64,000 nucleotides of DNA from Chloroflexota bacterium (GTDB lineage: Bacteria; Chloroflexota; UBA11872; VXOZ01). The translations under genes and the position numbers were made by a program. Where the stretch lies: the NCBI GenBank assembly GCA_965221905.1, contig OZ244922.1:3040001-3104000 (forward strand). The letters run 5' to 3'. The notes beneath the pieces were generated by a model. The model ran no database searches, was not told where the DNA came from, and worked only from the letters and a program-made list of their open reading frames with translations. Shown here piece after piece: positions 40,600 to 49,592 of this stretch (the first letter of the stretch is position 1; each line of letters starts with the position of its first letter).

Positions 40600-41772
40600 A
40601 TGGCAAACCTCACTCTTGAAGGAGCGACCAAATCGTACAAGAGGCCAAAACCTCAATCTTGGAGGAACATATTCTCGCGAATCCGCGGTGGAGAAGCGTC
40701 CGACGTAGCGGTCGCTGACACTGCTGATACTGAAGAAGACCTGATCTACGCACTCAACGGGCTCGATCTCCAAATCGATGACGGAGAGTCGGTGAGTGTG
40801 CTGGGACCGTCGGGCTGCGGCAAGACTGCTCTGCTACGAATCCTGGCCGGTCTGGAATACTTGGATGGGGGCAAGGTCTTCTTCGATGGGGAAGATATGA
40901 CGACTGTGAGCCCCCAAGACCGCAATGTCGCCATGGTTTTCCAGGACTACGCCCTATACCCCCATTGGGCCGCGCAGGATAACCTGGGATTCTTCTATAA
41001 AACACACCAACGCAAGGACGAGATTCCCGAGCGTGTGCGCTTGACCGCACGGGTCATGGGGCTTGGATTTGAAACGCTCCTCAGCCAGAAGCCGCCCAAA
41101 CTCTCCGGCGGCCAACAGCAGCGTGTGGCTATCGCGCGCGCGATCATTCGCGATCCGCGTGCATTCCTTTTCGATGAACCGCTTTCGAACCTGGACGCAA
41201 CAGTACGCGCGCGTACCCGCGTCGAGATCAAGCGTCTCATCCAGCGATTCGGCATTACCTCGGTCTATGTGACCCACGATCAGGCCGAAGCCTTTACCAT
41301 GGGCGACCGCATCGCCGTGATGCATAAAGGCCGGATTTTGCAGGTAGATAGTCGCAGCCAACTCATCGAACGTCCGCTCAGCCTCTTCGTCGCCGACTTC
41401 ATCACAGTGCCGTCCATGAACTTGCTGCCCGGCGTCGTGTACAGAGAGTACGTGGATACACACGACCGCAAGGTGATACCGCCGCCAATTGTGCTGCATC
41501 AGCATCAGGCCGAGAGAGTAACTATTGGCATTCGCCCTATGGACGTGGTGCTGCGCCCCGAGAACGAAGAGGACACGATTCCCGCCAAGATCGAGACTGT
41601 GGAACCGCTGATGAGCGACCGCGCGGTGCTACTTACGGTGCGCGTTGGGCGCTACACCTACCGTATCCAGCGCCCGCAGACCGAGCATCACGAGCCCGAC
41701 TCGCTCATCTTCATGGAGATCCCCGCCCACTGCCAGCACGTCTTCGATAGCCAGGGACGACGGGTGAATTAG
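40600..41772 (+). CDS. sugar ABC transporter ATP-binding protein (MalK-like)
   Basis: GPSGCGKT, VFQDYALYPH, LSGGQQQR, DEPLSNLD and YVTHDQ. Confidence 0.92.
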   Translation: MANLTLEGATKSYKRPKPQSWRNIFSRIRGGEASDVAVADTADTEEDLIYALNGLDLQIDDGESVSVLGPSGCGKTALLRILAGLEYLDGGKVFFDGEDMTTVSPQDRNVAMVFQDYALYPHWAAQDNLGFFYKTHQRKDEIPERVRLTARVMGLGFETLLSQKPPKLSGGQQQRVAIARAIIRDPRAFLFDEPLSNLDATVRARTRVEIKRLIQRFGITSVYVTHDQAEAFTMGDRIAVMHKGRILQVDSRSQLIERPLSLFVADFITVPSMNLLPGVVYREYVDTHDRKVIPPPIVLHQHQAERVTIGIRPMDVVLRPENEEDTIPAKIETVEPLMSDRAVLLTVRVGRYTYRIQRPQTEHHEPDSLIFMEIPAHCQHVFDSQGRRVN

Positions 41773-41872
41773 CGCTCTTGCCATTTAAGGCTGTTGCGTA
41801 AGCCTGATTGAGCACAAGAGTTCCCTCTGACTGCGAAGTGGGATCGATTCTCTTCCTCAGAAGTACTTGGGT

Positions 41873-41900
41873 GTAGGGGCACGACATGTCGTGCCCCTAC
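41873..41900. repeat. GTAG-type REP, perfect 28-bp palindrome
   Basis: GTAGGGGCACGACATGTCGTGCCCCTAC between convergent genes. Confidence 0.8.
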
Positions 41901-42095
41901 CGTTCAACCCTTTCCTCCAAAGGACACCACCGCGCGAGGGTGAAACCTCGAGTATCACAGCCAATGTCGCTTGCTGGGCGGAGATGTGCGGGCCTCCACT
42001 GGAGATGCGCTCGCTCAATCTACTTAGGCGAACTCCCGTTGAATAAGCCCAAGGGAGCTAACGCATTTGCGAGATTAGCGAAAAACCCACGCACA

Positions 42096-43082
42096 TTACT
42101 GATACTCCAAGAGCACGCCGAGGTACTCATCTTTGCGGTCGCGCAGGCCCTCGTACGCCGTTTGTCCCTCGGTGTACGGCAGTACGTGTGTGATGAGCGG
42201 CTCCACGTTGATGCGGGCCTTCGCCAGCAACGACCACAGGAGCGGTATGTCACGTTCACGCGTAGCGGCGTCCACCGTACCGGCATGGGCTCCAATGAGG
42301 TGCACGCCCGTGCGGTGAATGTCGAAGTAGGGATCGAGTTCCAACTTATCCCGTGGACTCCCCAGCAGCACGACGCGCCCGTGGTCCGCTGCCGCTTTGA
42401 TAGCTAAGTCAATCGTCGGCCCGCTCCCCACGGCCTCAACCACGAAATTCGCACCGCGCGGGCCGAGTTCCGGCAGCCATTCAGCCAGCGGCTTTTCGCT
42501 CAAGTTGAACGCCAAGTCCACGCCGCACGCCTGCGCTTGCGCCAGACGAGGCACCGCGAGATCCGCAACGGCTACCTGGCCTGCTCCCGCCAAAGCGCAG
42601 AGCTGCGCACAGAGATTCCCCACCAGACCCATTCCAATCACGAGCGCGTTTTCGCCAAAGTAGACCGGCGCTTGGCGGATTGCCGACAACGCAATTTGCA
42701 ACATCGCAATAAATGGCACGTGTGAATCGGGCACACCCTCCGGCACCGGCAGCAGGACATCGCGACTGTGGAGCGCGTGCGTTGCATGGCGGCCACGGTG
42801 GAAAACGCGAACACCGGGCACCAGGTCAGTGACGCCGTCGCCAACCGCCAGCACCTCGCCAACCGCCGCGTAGCCGGGATAGAACGGATACTTGGCATAG
42901 GAAAATTCAGGTTCATCGAAGCCGCGATGCGTGCGCGTGAACATGGCTAGCTCAGTTCCCGCGCTGATCAACGAGAGCCGATTCTCAATTAGCGCCTCAC
43001 CGGGCCCAGGCACAGCCGGTAGAGTGAGAGACTCTGTAACGCACCGGTCTTTGCCCGGGAAAACCAGACGTTGAATTTCCAT
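42096..43082 (-). CDS. MDR-family (zinc-binding type) alcohol dehydrogenase
   Basis: SLISAGTE, YPGYAAVG and GMGLVG; the structural-Zn lobe is absent. Confidence 0.85.
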   Translation of the reverse strand: MEIQRLVFPGKDRCVTESLTLPAVPGPGEALIENRLSLISAGTELAMFTRTHRGFDEPEFSYAKYPFYPGYAAVGEVLAVGDGVTDLVPGVRVFHRGRHATHALHSRDVLLPVPEGVPDSHVPFIAMLQIALSAIRQAPVYFGENALVIGMGLVGNLCAQLCALAGAGQVAVADLAVPRLAQAQACGVDLAFNLSEKPLAEWLPELGPRGANFVVEAVGSGPTIDLAIKAAADHGRVVLLGSPRDKLELDPYFDIHRTGVHLIGAHAGTVDAATRERDIPLLWSLLAKARINVEPLITHVLPYTEGQTAYEGLRDRKDEYLGVLLEYQ

Positions 43083-43298
43083 AGCGCATGCAGCCTCCCC
43101 TTCCTGCAGCCGCGCGTTCTCCAATGCCGCTATCGCTCCCATTATCGACCCAACGGCGCTCGTGCACAACACGCCGCCGGGCCGCCAGCTACCAGCGTCA
43201 GCGGCTATGAGGAAACCGGAATCCACGTGTCTGCCGGGCGTTATCGCGGTTTCCGCCAAGGAAATATGACAAGTTCACATTTCCTTGCACTTTAAACC

Positions 43299-43326
43299 TT
43301 GACAAACTGAAATGCTGTGCAATACT
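43299..43326 (+). promoter_or_regulatory. candidate sigma70 promoter for the mauE-mauD-peptide cassette
   Basis: TTGACA (43299-304), 16 nt, TG-c-AATACT. Confidence 0.4.
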
Positions 43327-43413
43327 AAAGGCAATGACACGGAGTACGGGTTGGGTAAGGGTAAGTGAAGGTGCTCTCGGAAGAGCCTTCACAGTGAGGT
43401 GGAGGGTAGCCCA

Positions 43414-43957
43414 GTGCTTGAAAATAGCGTTCTTTTCCTCCAACTGCTGGTAGGCGGCGTTTTTCTCCTGGCTGCCGCCGCCAAGTTGCTGCACTTGTCC
43501 GAGTTCAAAGCGGCGGTGCGGGGATTTGGTCTCGTGCCGGCGCCCGCGCTCCAGCCGGTGAGTGGCGCAATCCCTCTGTTTAGAACTCCTCTGTGGCACA
43601 TTGCTCATCACGGGCATTGCCGTGGCATGGGCCGTGTGGTTGTCCATCGGCTTGGTAACCGTCTTCATCGTCGCTTCCTCCGTTGCCTTGGCTCAGGGCC
43701 GGGGCGGGATCGACTGCTACTGCTTTGGCGCGGGCGGCCAACCGCTGGGCACGGCCACCATCATCAAGCAGGTCATTATCCTCGCATTGCTCACACTCCT
43801 GGCGCCCACTGCCGGTTCCACCTGGTTCCTGGATAGCGGATCTACCGCCAACGTAAGCGGCGCGCTCGGGGCCGTCGTGTTTGTAATCGGCGCTTGGGCT
43901 ATTGCCTTTGTGGCCGCTGAACTGCTGCGGCTGCGCACTATTTCACAATCAAACTGA
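43414..43957 (+). pseudogene. mauE: MauE/DoxX family membrane protein, split by a +1 frameshift at ~43580
   Basis: Frame A (VFLLAAAAKL...F...V.GF.L.P...AIPL) continues in the +1 frame as LELLCGTLL...IDCYCFG (MauE has CGCFG); the joined product is ~180 aa. Confidence 0.8.
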
Positions 43958-43992
43958 GGGAGAGAAACGCGCCCTGAGATGGCGAAACGATC

Positions 43993-44020
43993 CGTCATTC
44001 CGACGCAAGCCGGAATCCAG
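43993..44020 (+). repeat. CGTC-type REP
   Basis: CGTCATTCCGACGCAAGCCGGAATCCAG; same family as 27667, 49381 and 51484. Confidence 0.75.
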
Positions 44021-44086
44021 AGAAACCGGTAGCGTAGGTTTGCAACCTGCGCGCGGTCTCCGGTGAGCGTAGGAGGCACAAGAGGC

Positions 44087-44659
44087 ATGGAAGGCATCTG
44101 GCTGGCATCGTACCTGTTGCAATGGGTCCTCATTGGGCTGCTCGCCTTCGTCGTCATCGGCCTCATGCGGCAGATCGGGGAGTTGCGCCTGCGCGTGGGG
44201 GAGGAGCGTGAGAACGGTATCGCGGTCGGTGACAAAGCGCCGCTCTTCCAGGGAGAGGGTCTCAATGGGGCGGTTGACTTGGAGACCATGGCTGGCGAAC
44301 GGCTGCTGGTGCTCTTCGTCCATCCCACCTGCCCGCCCTGCAAGGAACTCTTCAAAAGCCTCAACGGAGAGCCGGAGCACATAGAACAACAAGGCGTGAG
44401 GATGGTGCTCGTAAGCGGCGGCAGCCGTGAGCAGAACCGGGAGATGATTGCAGAATTCAAGCTCTCGTGTCCGCTGGTGATCCAGCAGGAGCATGAGATA
44501 GCCGACCTGTACGGCAGTAGTTGGACGCCGTACGGCTTCGTGGTCGATGCCGATGGCAAAGTCTCTGGAAAGGGGGTGGTAAACGATGTGCATGTGCTAG
44601 GCGAGCTGCTCGCTACTGATGTGACGACCGGCAGCTTGCCAAAGAATGAGAGCGTGTGA
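44087..44659 (+). CDS. mauD: MauD-like membrane-anchored thioredoxin/redoxin
   Basis: LQWVLI...LMRQIGEL N-terminal anchor, G..VGDKAP.F, CPPC, TPYGFVVD..G.V..KG.VN as in MauD. Confidence 0.8.
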   Translation: MEGIWLASYLLQWVLIGLLAFVVIGLMRQIGELRLRVGEERENGIAVGDKAPLFQGEGLNGAVDLETMAGERLLVLFVHPTCPPCKELFKSLNGEPEHIEQQGVRMVLVSGGSREQNREMIAEFKLSCPLVIQQEHEIADLYGSSWTPYGFVVDADGKVSGKGVVNDVHVLGELLATDVTTGSLPKNESV

Positions 44660-44762
44660 CATCCGCGCACAGAGCGTGGAGCCCGAACACCAAGTGTAAA
44701 GATGTCCCACGCGATAGTCGCATCACAGACGCAATGCATGCAAAGCATGGGAGGTAAAACCC

Positions 44763-45107
44763 ATGGACAAGCTTATTGCGAACGCGAGTGTTGGCCTAGC
44801 AAGAGCCAGCATGAACCGGCGTGGTTTTTTGGGCAGGCTGGCCCGAGCAACAGGTGGCGCTGCCGTTCTTACCGGTCTCGCTGCCGTAACGGTGTCTGCC
44901 AGCAGTCACTGTTGGGGGCCTTACTTCTGCGAGACGCATTCCGACAATTACTGTGGGGCGTGTGGCGAGAATTGCTCCCCTAGCAGCAGGCCGTATGTCC
45001 GGAGGCACCACGGCGTACATTGTCTCTCGGGAGAGAGGTGCCCATCATGGACCTCTTACGAGGGCTGTGGCTGCACTATTCCCAACCATCCTTGCCCTGG
45101 TGAATAG
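44763..45107 (+). CDS. Tat-exported small Cys/His-rich protein (114 aa precursor)
   Basis: GGAGGT SD; NRRGFLG Tat motif, hydrophobic region, VSA cleavage site; mature ~68 aa with 10 Cys, 6 His and 2 Trp. Confidence 0.85.
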   Translation: MDKLIANASVGLARASMNRRGFLGRLARATGGAAVLTGLAAVTVSASSHCWGPYFCETHSDNYCGACGENCSPSSRPYVRRHHGVHCLSGERCPSWTSYEGCGCTIPNHPCPGE

Positions 45108-45152
45108 GGTTTCTTGGTGTTGACCGCACAACCGCAAGCCGGGTAAGCGATA

Positions 45153-45200
45153 TGCAGAGCGCCTTCGGAGAGGAAACCTTCTACTGTCTGGGGCGCTCTG
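45153..45200 (+). terminator. stem-loop downstream of the Cys-rich peptide gene
   Basis: GCAGAGCGCC ... GGCGCTCTGC 10-bp stem with a long loop and no clear U-tract. Confidence 0.4.
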
Positions 45201-45267
45201 CGGTATCCAATCGGTTTGAGTGTGTTTAGGCGATTGTCGCGAGAACCGATACGAATGGAGTAGTGCG

Positions 45268-46515
45268 ATGCTTTCACGCCGAACGTTGATTGTAGGAACA
45301 GCGGCAATAACGGCGGGGTGTGGCTTTCTCAAGTCTCCGCTTACAGCGCCGGGGTCACCACAGCCCACTGCATTGAACTGGGTGTCGGGCGCGCATCTCG
45401 GTCTCAGTGACAGACTTGGAACATTACGCCCTAAGGAGATACTCCAACAGTCTATAACTGCCCTACAAGATGACGAAGAAAATCCGCATGGCCCCAAACG
45501 CGGGCGATACGAATTAACCCTGCGTTACGTAGAGTATTCAGCGATCCCGAACGACTATCCGGCGTGGCTCAATGAGATCGAAGCCGACCTTGTCACCGTC
45601 CATGCCGGAAACGCGAAGGCGCTGGCGGAAAGCGGCCTCTGGCTGCCCTTGGACCAGTTCCTAGGCGCGGCTGACCCGGAGCTTGAGGCGGCATTCTTTC
45701 CAGGCGCGGTCGAGCAGTTCCGGCACGGGGCGCTCTACGCTCTGCCGGTGGATGCCCGTCCGCTGATGCTCTACTACGACGCTGAGCACTTTGCTCGGGA
45801 GCAAGTCCCTCCTCCGACTGACGGTAGCTGGAACTGGGACGACTTAGTAGAGAATGCAGTGAAGTTGACAAGGCGACGGGAGGACGGGACCCCGGCCCGC
45901 TGGGGCTTAGGTGCACACAGCAATCAAGTCTGGTGGGCGCTGTGGCAAAACCAGGCGGAGGCGGTAGATCCGGACACCTTGCAGTGCCGGTTGCAGGAAC
46001 CGGAGGCGATTGAAGCCTTGCAGTTCATTCACGGGTTGATACACTCGCACCGCGTCTCGCCGCCAAAGGTGAATTGGGCGTCGCCGCCGGCAATGGTATA
46101 TGGGGTACCCCCGGCGCGCCCAAATTACGGCGACTATCGGTTGGCGGCGCTGCCTCGCGGCAAGGTGCAGGCTGTGCCCGTGTTCGGCGACATGGGAATT
46201 GCGATTGCCGCCCGGACGGAGAATGCGGAAACGGCGTACACGGCGCTAAAAGGACTGGTGCACGCCCTGCAACCCCGCGTGGGCGTGCCAGCAGAGAGGG
46301 AGGCAGTGGCGCGGCTTGGGGAATATCGGACCGACCTCCGACCCGAAGAGATCGCGGCGCTCCAGCGTTCAATGGAACATGGGCGCGGCATGCCGCAGAA
46401 TGTGCCGGCGTTGTTCGCCATGCAAAGTGTCGTCGAGGGTCTCGTGCGCGGTGACGACGTGGCAACCGTGGTCAACGAGGCCTGTTCCGTTGTTCGTGAG
46501 TACCAGCAGGCCTAA
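45268..46515 (+). CDS. extracellular solute-binding lipoprotein (Tat), paralogue 1
   Basis: MLSRRTL...TAGC; PLDQF, LYALP, WNWDDL..A.KLT. Confidence 0.8.
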   Translation: MLSRRTLIVGTAAITAGCGFLKSPLTAPGSPQPTALNWVSGAHLGLSDRLGTLRPKEILQQSITALQDDEENPHGPKRGRYELTLRYVEYSAIPNDYPAWLNEIEADLVTVHAGNAKALAESGLWLPLDQFLGAADPELEAAFFPGAVEQFRHGALYALPVDARPLMLYYDAEHFAREQVPPPTDGSWNWDDLVENAVKLTRRREDGTPARWGLGAHSNQVWWALWQNQAEAVDPDTLQCRLQEPEAIEALQFIHGLIHSHRVSPPKVNWASPPAMVYGVPPARPNYGDYRLAALPRGKVQAVPVFGDMGIAIAARTENAETAYTALKGLVHALQPRVGVPAEREAVARLGEYRTDLRPEEIAALQRSMEHGRGMPQNVPALFAMQSVVEGLVRGDDVATVVNEACSVVREYQQA

Positions 46516-46588
46516 GAGCCGGCACGGGAGTAGACGTGAATCCTTGGCTAATTCTGATTGTCGACACAATCCCGCCATTTCACCAATC

Positions 46589-46612
46589 GTAGCGCGGGGG
46601 CTTTCCCCCCGC
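46589..46612 (+). repeat. GTAG-type REP-like palindrome
   Basis: GTAGCGCGGGGGCTTTCCCCCCGC. Confidence 0.55.
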
Positions 46613-46729
46613 TTCCTCGCGCAAGCAGCGTAAACCCACTGGAAAAGCTGTTGAGAGGTGAACTGGTTATTGGTCTAGGGAGCACGCTGCAGACTTGAGA
46701 ATGTAGGATTCACGGCAAGGAAGGAAGTC

Positions 46730-47985
46730 ATGCTTTCACGCCGAGCGTTGACAGTCAGCGCGGCAGCCCTATGTGCCGTTGGCTGCGGTCAGCTTGAGTC
46801 GCTAGTGTCCGGACCGGTCACGCTCCACGAGACTGAGCTCGTGTGGGTCTGGAGGCCATTCCTCGGCATTGGCAATCAGCAGCAAATAGTCGACGCCCTA
46901 AATGAAGACCCAGCGAATCCGCTTGGCCCGCCGGGCGGGCGTTACCGTCTCCAAGTTCGCGCTATACAGCAGGCGCCCCGCTGGGACGACGTGGATGCAT
47001 GGCACGAGCTCAAGGCGGACCTGCTCACAGTGTCCGTGGAGGAGGCAAGGTTACTGGGGAAATGGGGGTGTTGCATGCTCTGGATCGGTTCAGCGACGCC
47101 AATGAAAGTGCGCTCAACGCGGTGTTCTTTCCGGGGGTACTGAATCAGTTTCGGGCGCAAGGGGCGCTCTATGCGCTGCCGGTTAGCGCCTTGCCCGTGA
47201 TGGTCTATTACGACAGAGTGTATTTCGCACAGCGGGGAGTGCCGCCGGTTGACAGCAGTTGGGGCTAGGACGAACTGGCAGAAAATGCGGCGAAGCTAAC
47301 TAATCGCGGGCAAGACGGCGTAGTGCGGCGTTGGGGATTGCGGGCGCATAGTAAGCTCTGGTGGGCGCTGTGGCAAAACGATGCGGACGTAGCGGACCCG
47401 GCAGCGTTGCAGTGTCGTTTGCAGGAACCGGCCGCAATCGAAGCGCTGCAATTTGTGTGGAAACTCCTGCACACCTTGCAGGTGTCGCCACTTGCTCTCG
47501 GCATGGATTTGATGAAGGTGACCCCGCCACCGGCTATGGTCTACAATAACCCGCCGCTGCGCCCGAGTTTTGGCTCGTACGGTTTGGCTCAGATTCCCCA
47601 AGGCAAGACGCAGGCCGTGCCGGTGAGGGCAGGCGTTGGGCTTGCTATCGCCGCGGGAACACAAAGTCCTGAGACGGCCTATACGGCCCTCCAGGGTCTG
47701 GTGCACGCCATGCAGCGGCATGCCACCGTGCCCGCAACCAGGGACGGAATCGAACGGCTCGGAGAATTTCAGCCCGGCATCCGCTCCGACGAAATCCAGG
47801 CAATTCAGCGTTCCATGGCGGCTGAACGGGAGATGCCGCGACTGCCGCAAGGCAAGCCGGAGTTGTACGCCATGAGTGCGATAGCAGAGGGTCTGGTACG
47901 GGGCGAAGACGTTTCAACCGTGGTCAACCAGGCCTGTTCCGTTTTGCGGGAGTACCAGCAAACAGGTGGTCCATCGGGTGGGTGA
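46730..47985 (+). pseudogene. solute-binding lipoprotein paralogue 2, pseudogene
   Basis: One G missing in a G-run at ~47056-59 and TGG>TAG at 47266-68 (paralogues have W here); the three pieces align to the neighbouring SBPs. Confidence 0.85.
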
Positions 47986-49319
47986 CTATGGAACTTCGCC
48001 GGAGAATCAGGCTAACACGCCGAACGCTGATAGCAAGCACAGCGGTGCTTGCGGCCGGGTGTGGCGGGCTGGATATTCCATTTCCGGTGCTGGGCGCTCC
48101 GAAGATTACCCCATTGACCTGGGTTTCGCACATAATAACCGGTCTCGTTCCTGGGCACCTTGTGGCGTCGCCTGAGGAAAAACTCCGGCGGATAGAGCGA
48201 GAACTGGCGGAAGACAGTGACAGCGCCTTCGGTCCCACGCGCGGGCGCTACAGCCTGACGCTGCAATACTTTGAGCGCTACGCGGGCCCCTACTCGGATC
48301 GCGATGCTGAGGAGTACCTCAAGCCGGAGTACTTGGCGTCGTGGCTAATGGAAATTGGCGCGGACCTCGTAACCGTCTGGCCTCAGGAGGCGCGCGCATT
48401 AGGGGAGCGGGGCATATTGCTGCCTCTGGACCGGTTCAGCGGCGATGGGTCTGGGCTCAGCGGCGAATACTATTCGTCTGTGCTCGACAATTATCGAGAG
48501 AAGGGCGCGCTCTACGCGCTGCCGGTAGGCGCGGACCCGCTGATGCTCTCTTACGATGCGGACTACTTTGCAAGCATGGGGCTGGCGCCGCCAAACTCTA
48601 CGTGGGACTGGGATATCCTGGTGGAGAACGCCCTGAAGCTGACGCAGCGGGAGGAGGACGGCACGGTATCGCGCTGGGGGTTGATAGCGCACAATAGTTC
48701 TATTTGGTGGGCTTTGTGGCAAAATGAAGCGGAGCTAGCCGACGCGCTCACGGCGCAATGCCGCTTGCAGGAACCGGCCGCCGTCAAAGCGCTAGAGTAC
48801 ATTTGGGATTTGATGCACACCCATGGCGTCTCGCCCGCGGCCGCCGGAAATGATCTGGATAGGTTTGTCTATGGTGAAGTGGACTCCCCGCCGGCTATGA
48901 TATATTTCCCTGTGCTCTACCTCTCGGGGGGCGCCAAATATCGTAGAGCAGAGCTGCCCCGGGGCAAGGTGCCGAGCACGCAGGTCAATCCCTACCCGGG
49001 GATTGCGATTGCCGCGCGAACCGCCAATCCCGAGGCAGCCTACACCGCGCTCAGGGGACTCGTGAAAACTATGCAACCGCATGTCAGAGTGCCTACCGAG
49101 CGAGAGGCGGTGGCGCGTCTTGGGGAATTCCGGTGGGACCTCCAACCGGAGGAAGTTATCGCGATACAACAGTCTATGGAATACGGACGCGTGAGGCCGC
49201 AGGATGAGGCCCAAGTTCGCGCCATGTTCCGCTTGGTAGAGGCGCTCGCACGCGGCGACGACGTGACCTCCGCGGTCAATCAAGGCTGCTCAGTCCTCTA
49301 CGAGAACCAGCGGACGTGA
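47982..49319 (+). CDS. extracellular solute-binding lipoprotein (Tat), paralogue 3
   Basis: TRRTL...LAAGC; WWALWQN and CRLQEP shared with paralogues 1 and 2. The start may be ATG 47988. Confidence 0.8.
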   Translation: MTMELRRRIRLTRRTLIASTAVLAAGCGGLDIPFPVLGAPKITPLTWVSHIITGLVPGHLVASPEEKLRRIERELAEDSDSAFGPTRGRYSLTLQYFERYAGPYSDRDAEEYLKPEYLASWLMEIGADLVTVWPQEARALGERGILLPLDRFSGDGSGLSGEYYSSVLDNYREKGALYALPVGADPLMLSYDADYFASMGLAPPNSTWDWDILVENALKLTQREEDGTVSRWGLIAHNSSIWWALWQNEAELADALTAQCRLQEPAAVKALEYIWDLMHTHGVSPAAAGNDLDRFVYGEVDSPPAMIYFPVLYLSGGAKYRRAELPRGKVPSTQVNPYPGIAIAARTANPEAAYTALRGLVKTMQPHVRVPTEREAVARLGEFRWDLQPEEVIAIQQSMEYGRVRPQDEAQVRAMFRLVEALARGDDVTSAVNQGCSVLYENQRT

Positions 49320-49380
49320 GGGTCTGTCCGCGCTACGGTGTTACTGCATTCGTTCCACTTTTGCAGCAATAAAGCAGAGG

Positions 49381-49408
49381 ATGGATTCCCGCTTGCGCGG
49401 GATTGACG
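49381..49408 (-). repeat. CGTC-type REP
   Basis: ATGGATTCCCGCTTGCGCGGGATTGACG. Confidence 0.7.
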
Positions 49409-49592
49409 GCTAGTGATCTGCCCTACTATGGTAGTGATGGGCTGTGGTTCCTGCCCCATGCGTGGGACAAGCTACGGTGCTACGCTGCTCCGTCTACTTT
49501 CATAGCCATGAAGACCGCTACGCCTGCCCGCGTGGAGCAGCGGTCTTTCCTCCACCGCCGGGCCGCGCTTGCCCGCACAGAGCAACACGCAC

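Noticed and set aside
43717-44748. 343-aa minus-strand ORF
   Set aside because: Antisense to mauE/mauD and reads through a REP.
43414-45107. Calling the cassette a methylamine/aromatic amine dehydrogenase (mauA)
   Set aside because: The core is too short and lacks MauA motifs, and no mauB or mauG is in the window. Two Trp residues alone do not imply TTQ.
47266-47268. Pyrrolysine or other read-through of the in-frame TAG
   Set aside because: Paralogues have Trp (TGG) here and the gene also has a frameshift, so simple decay is more parsimonious.
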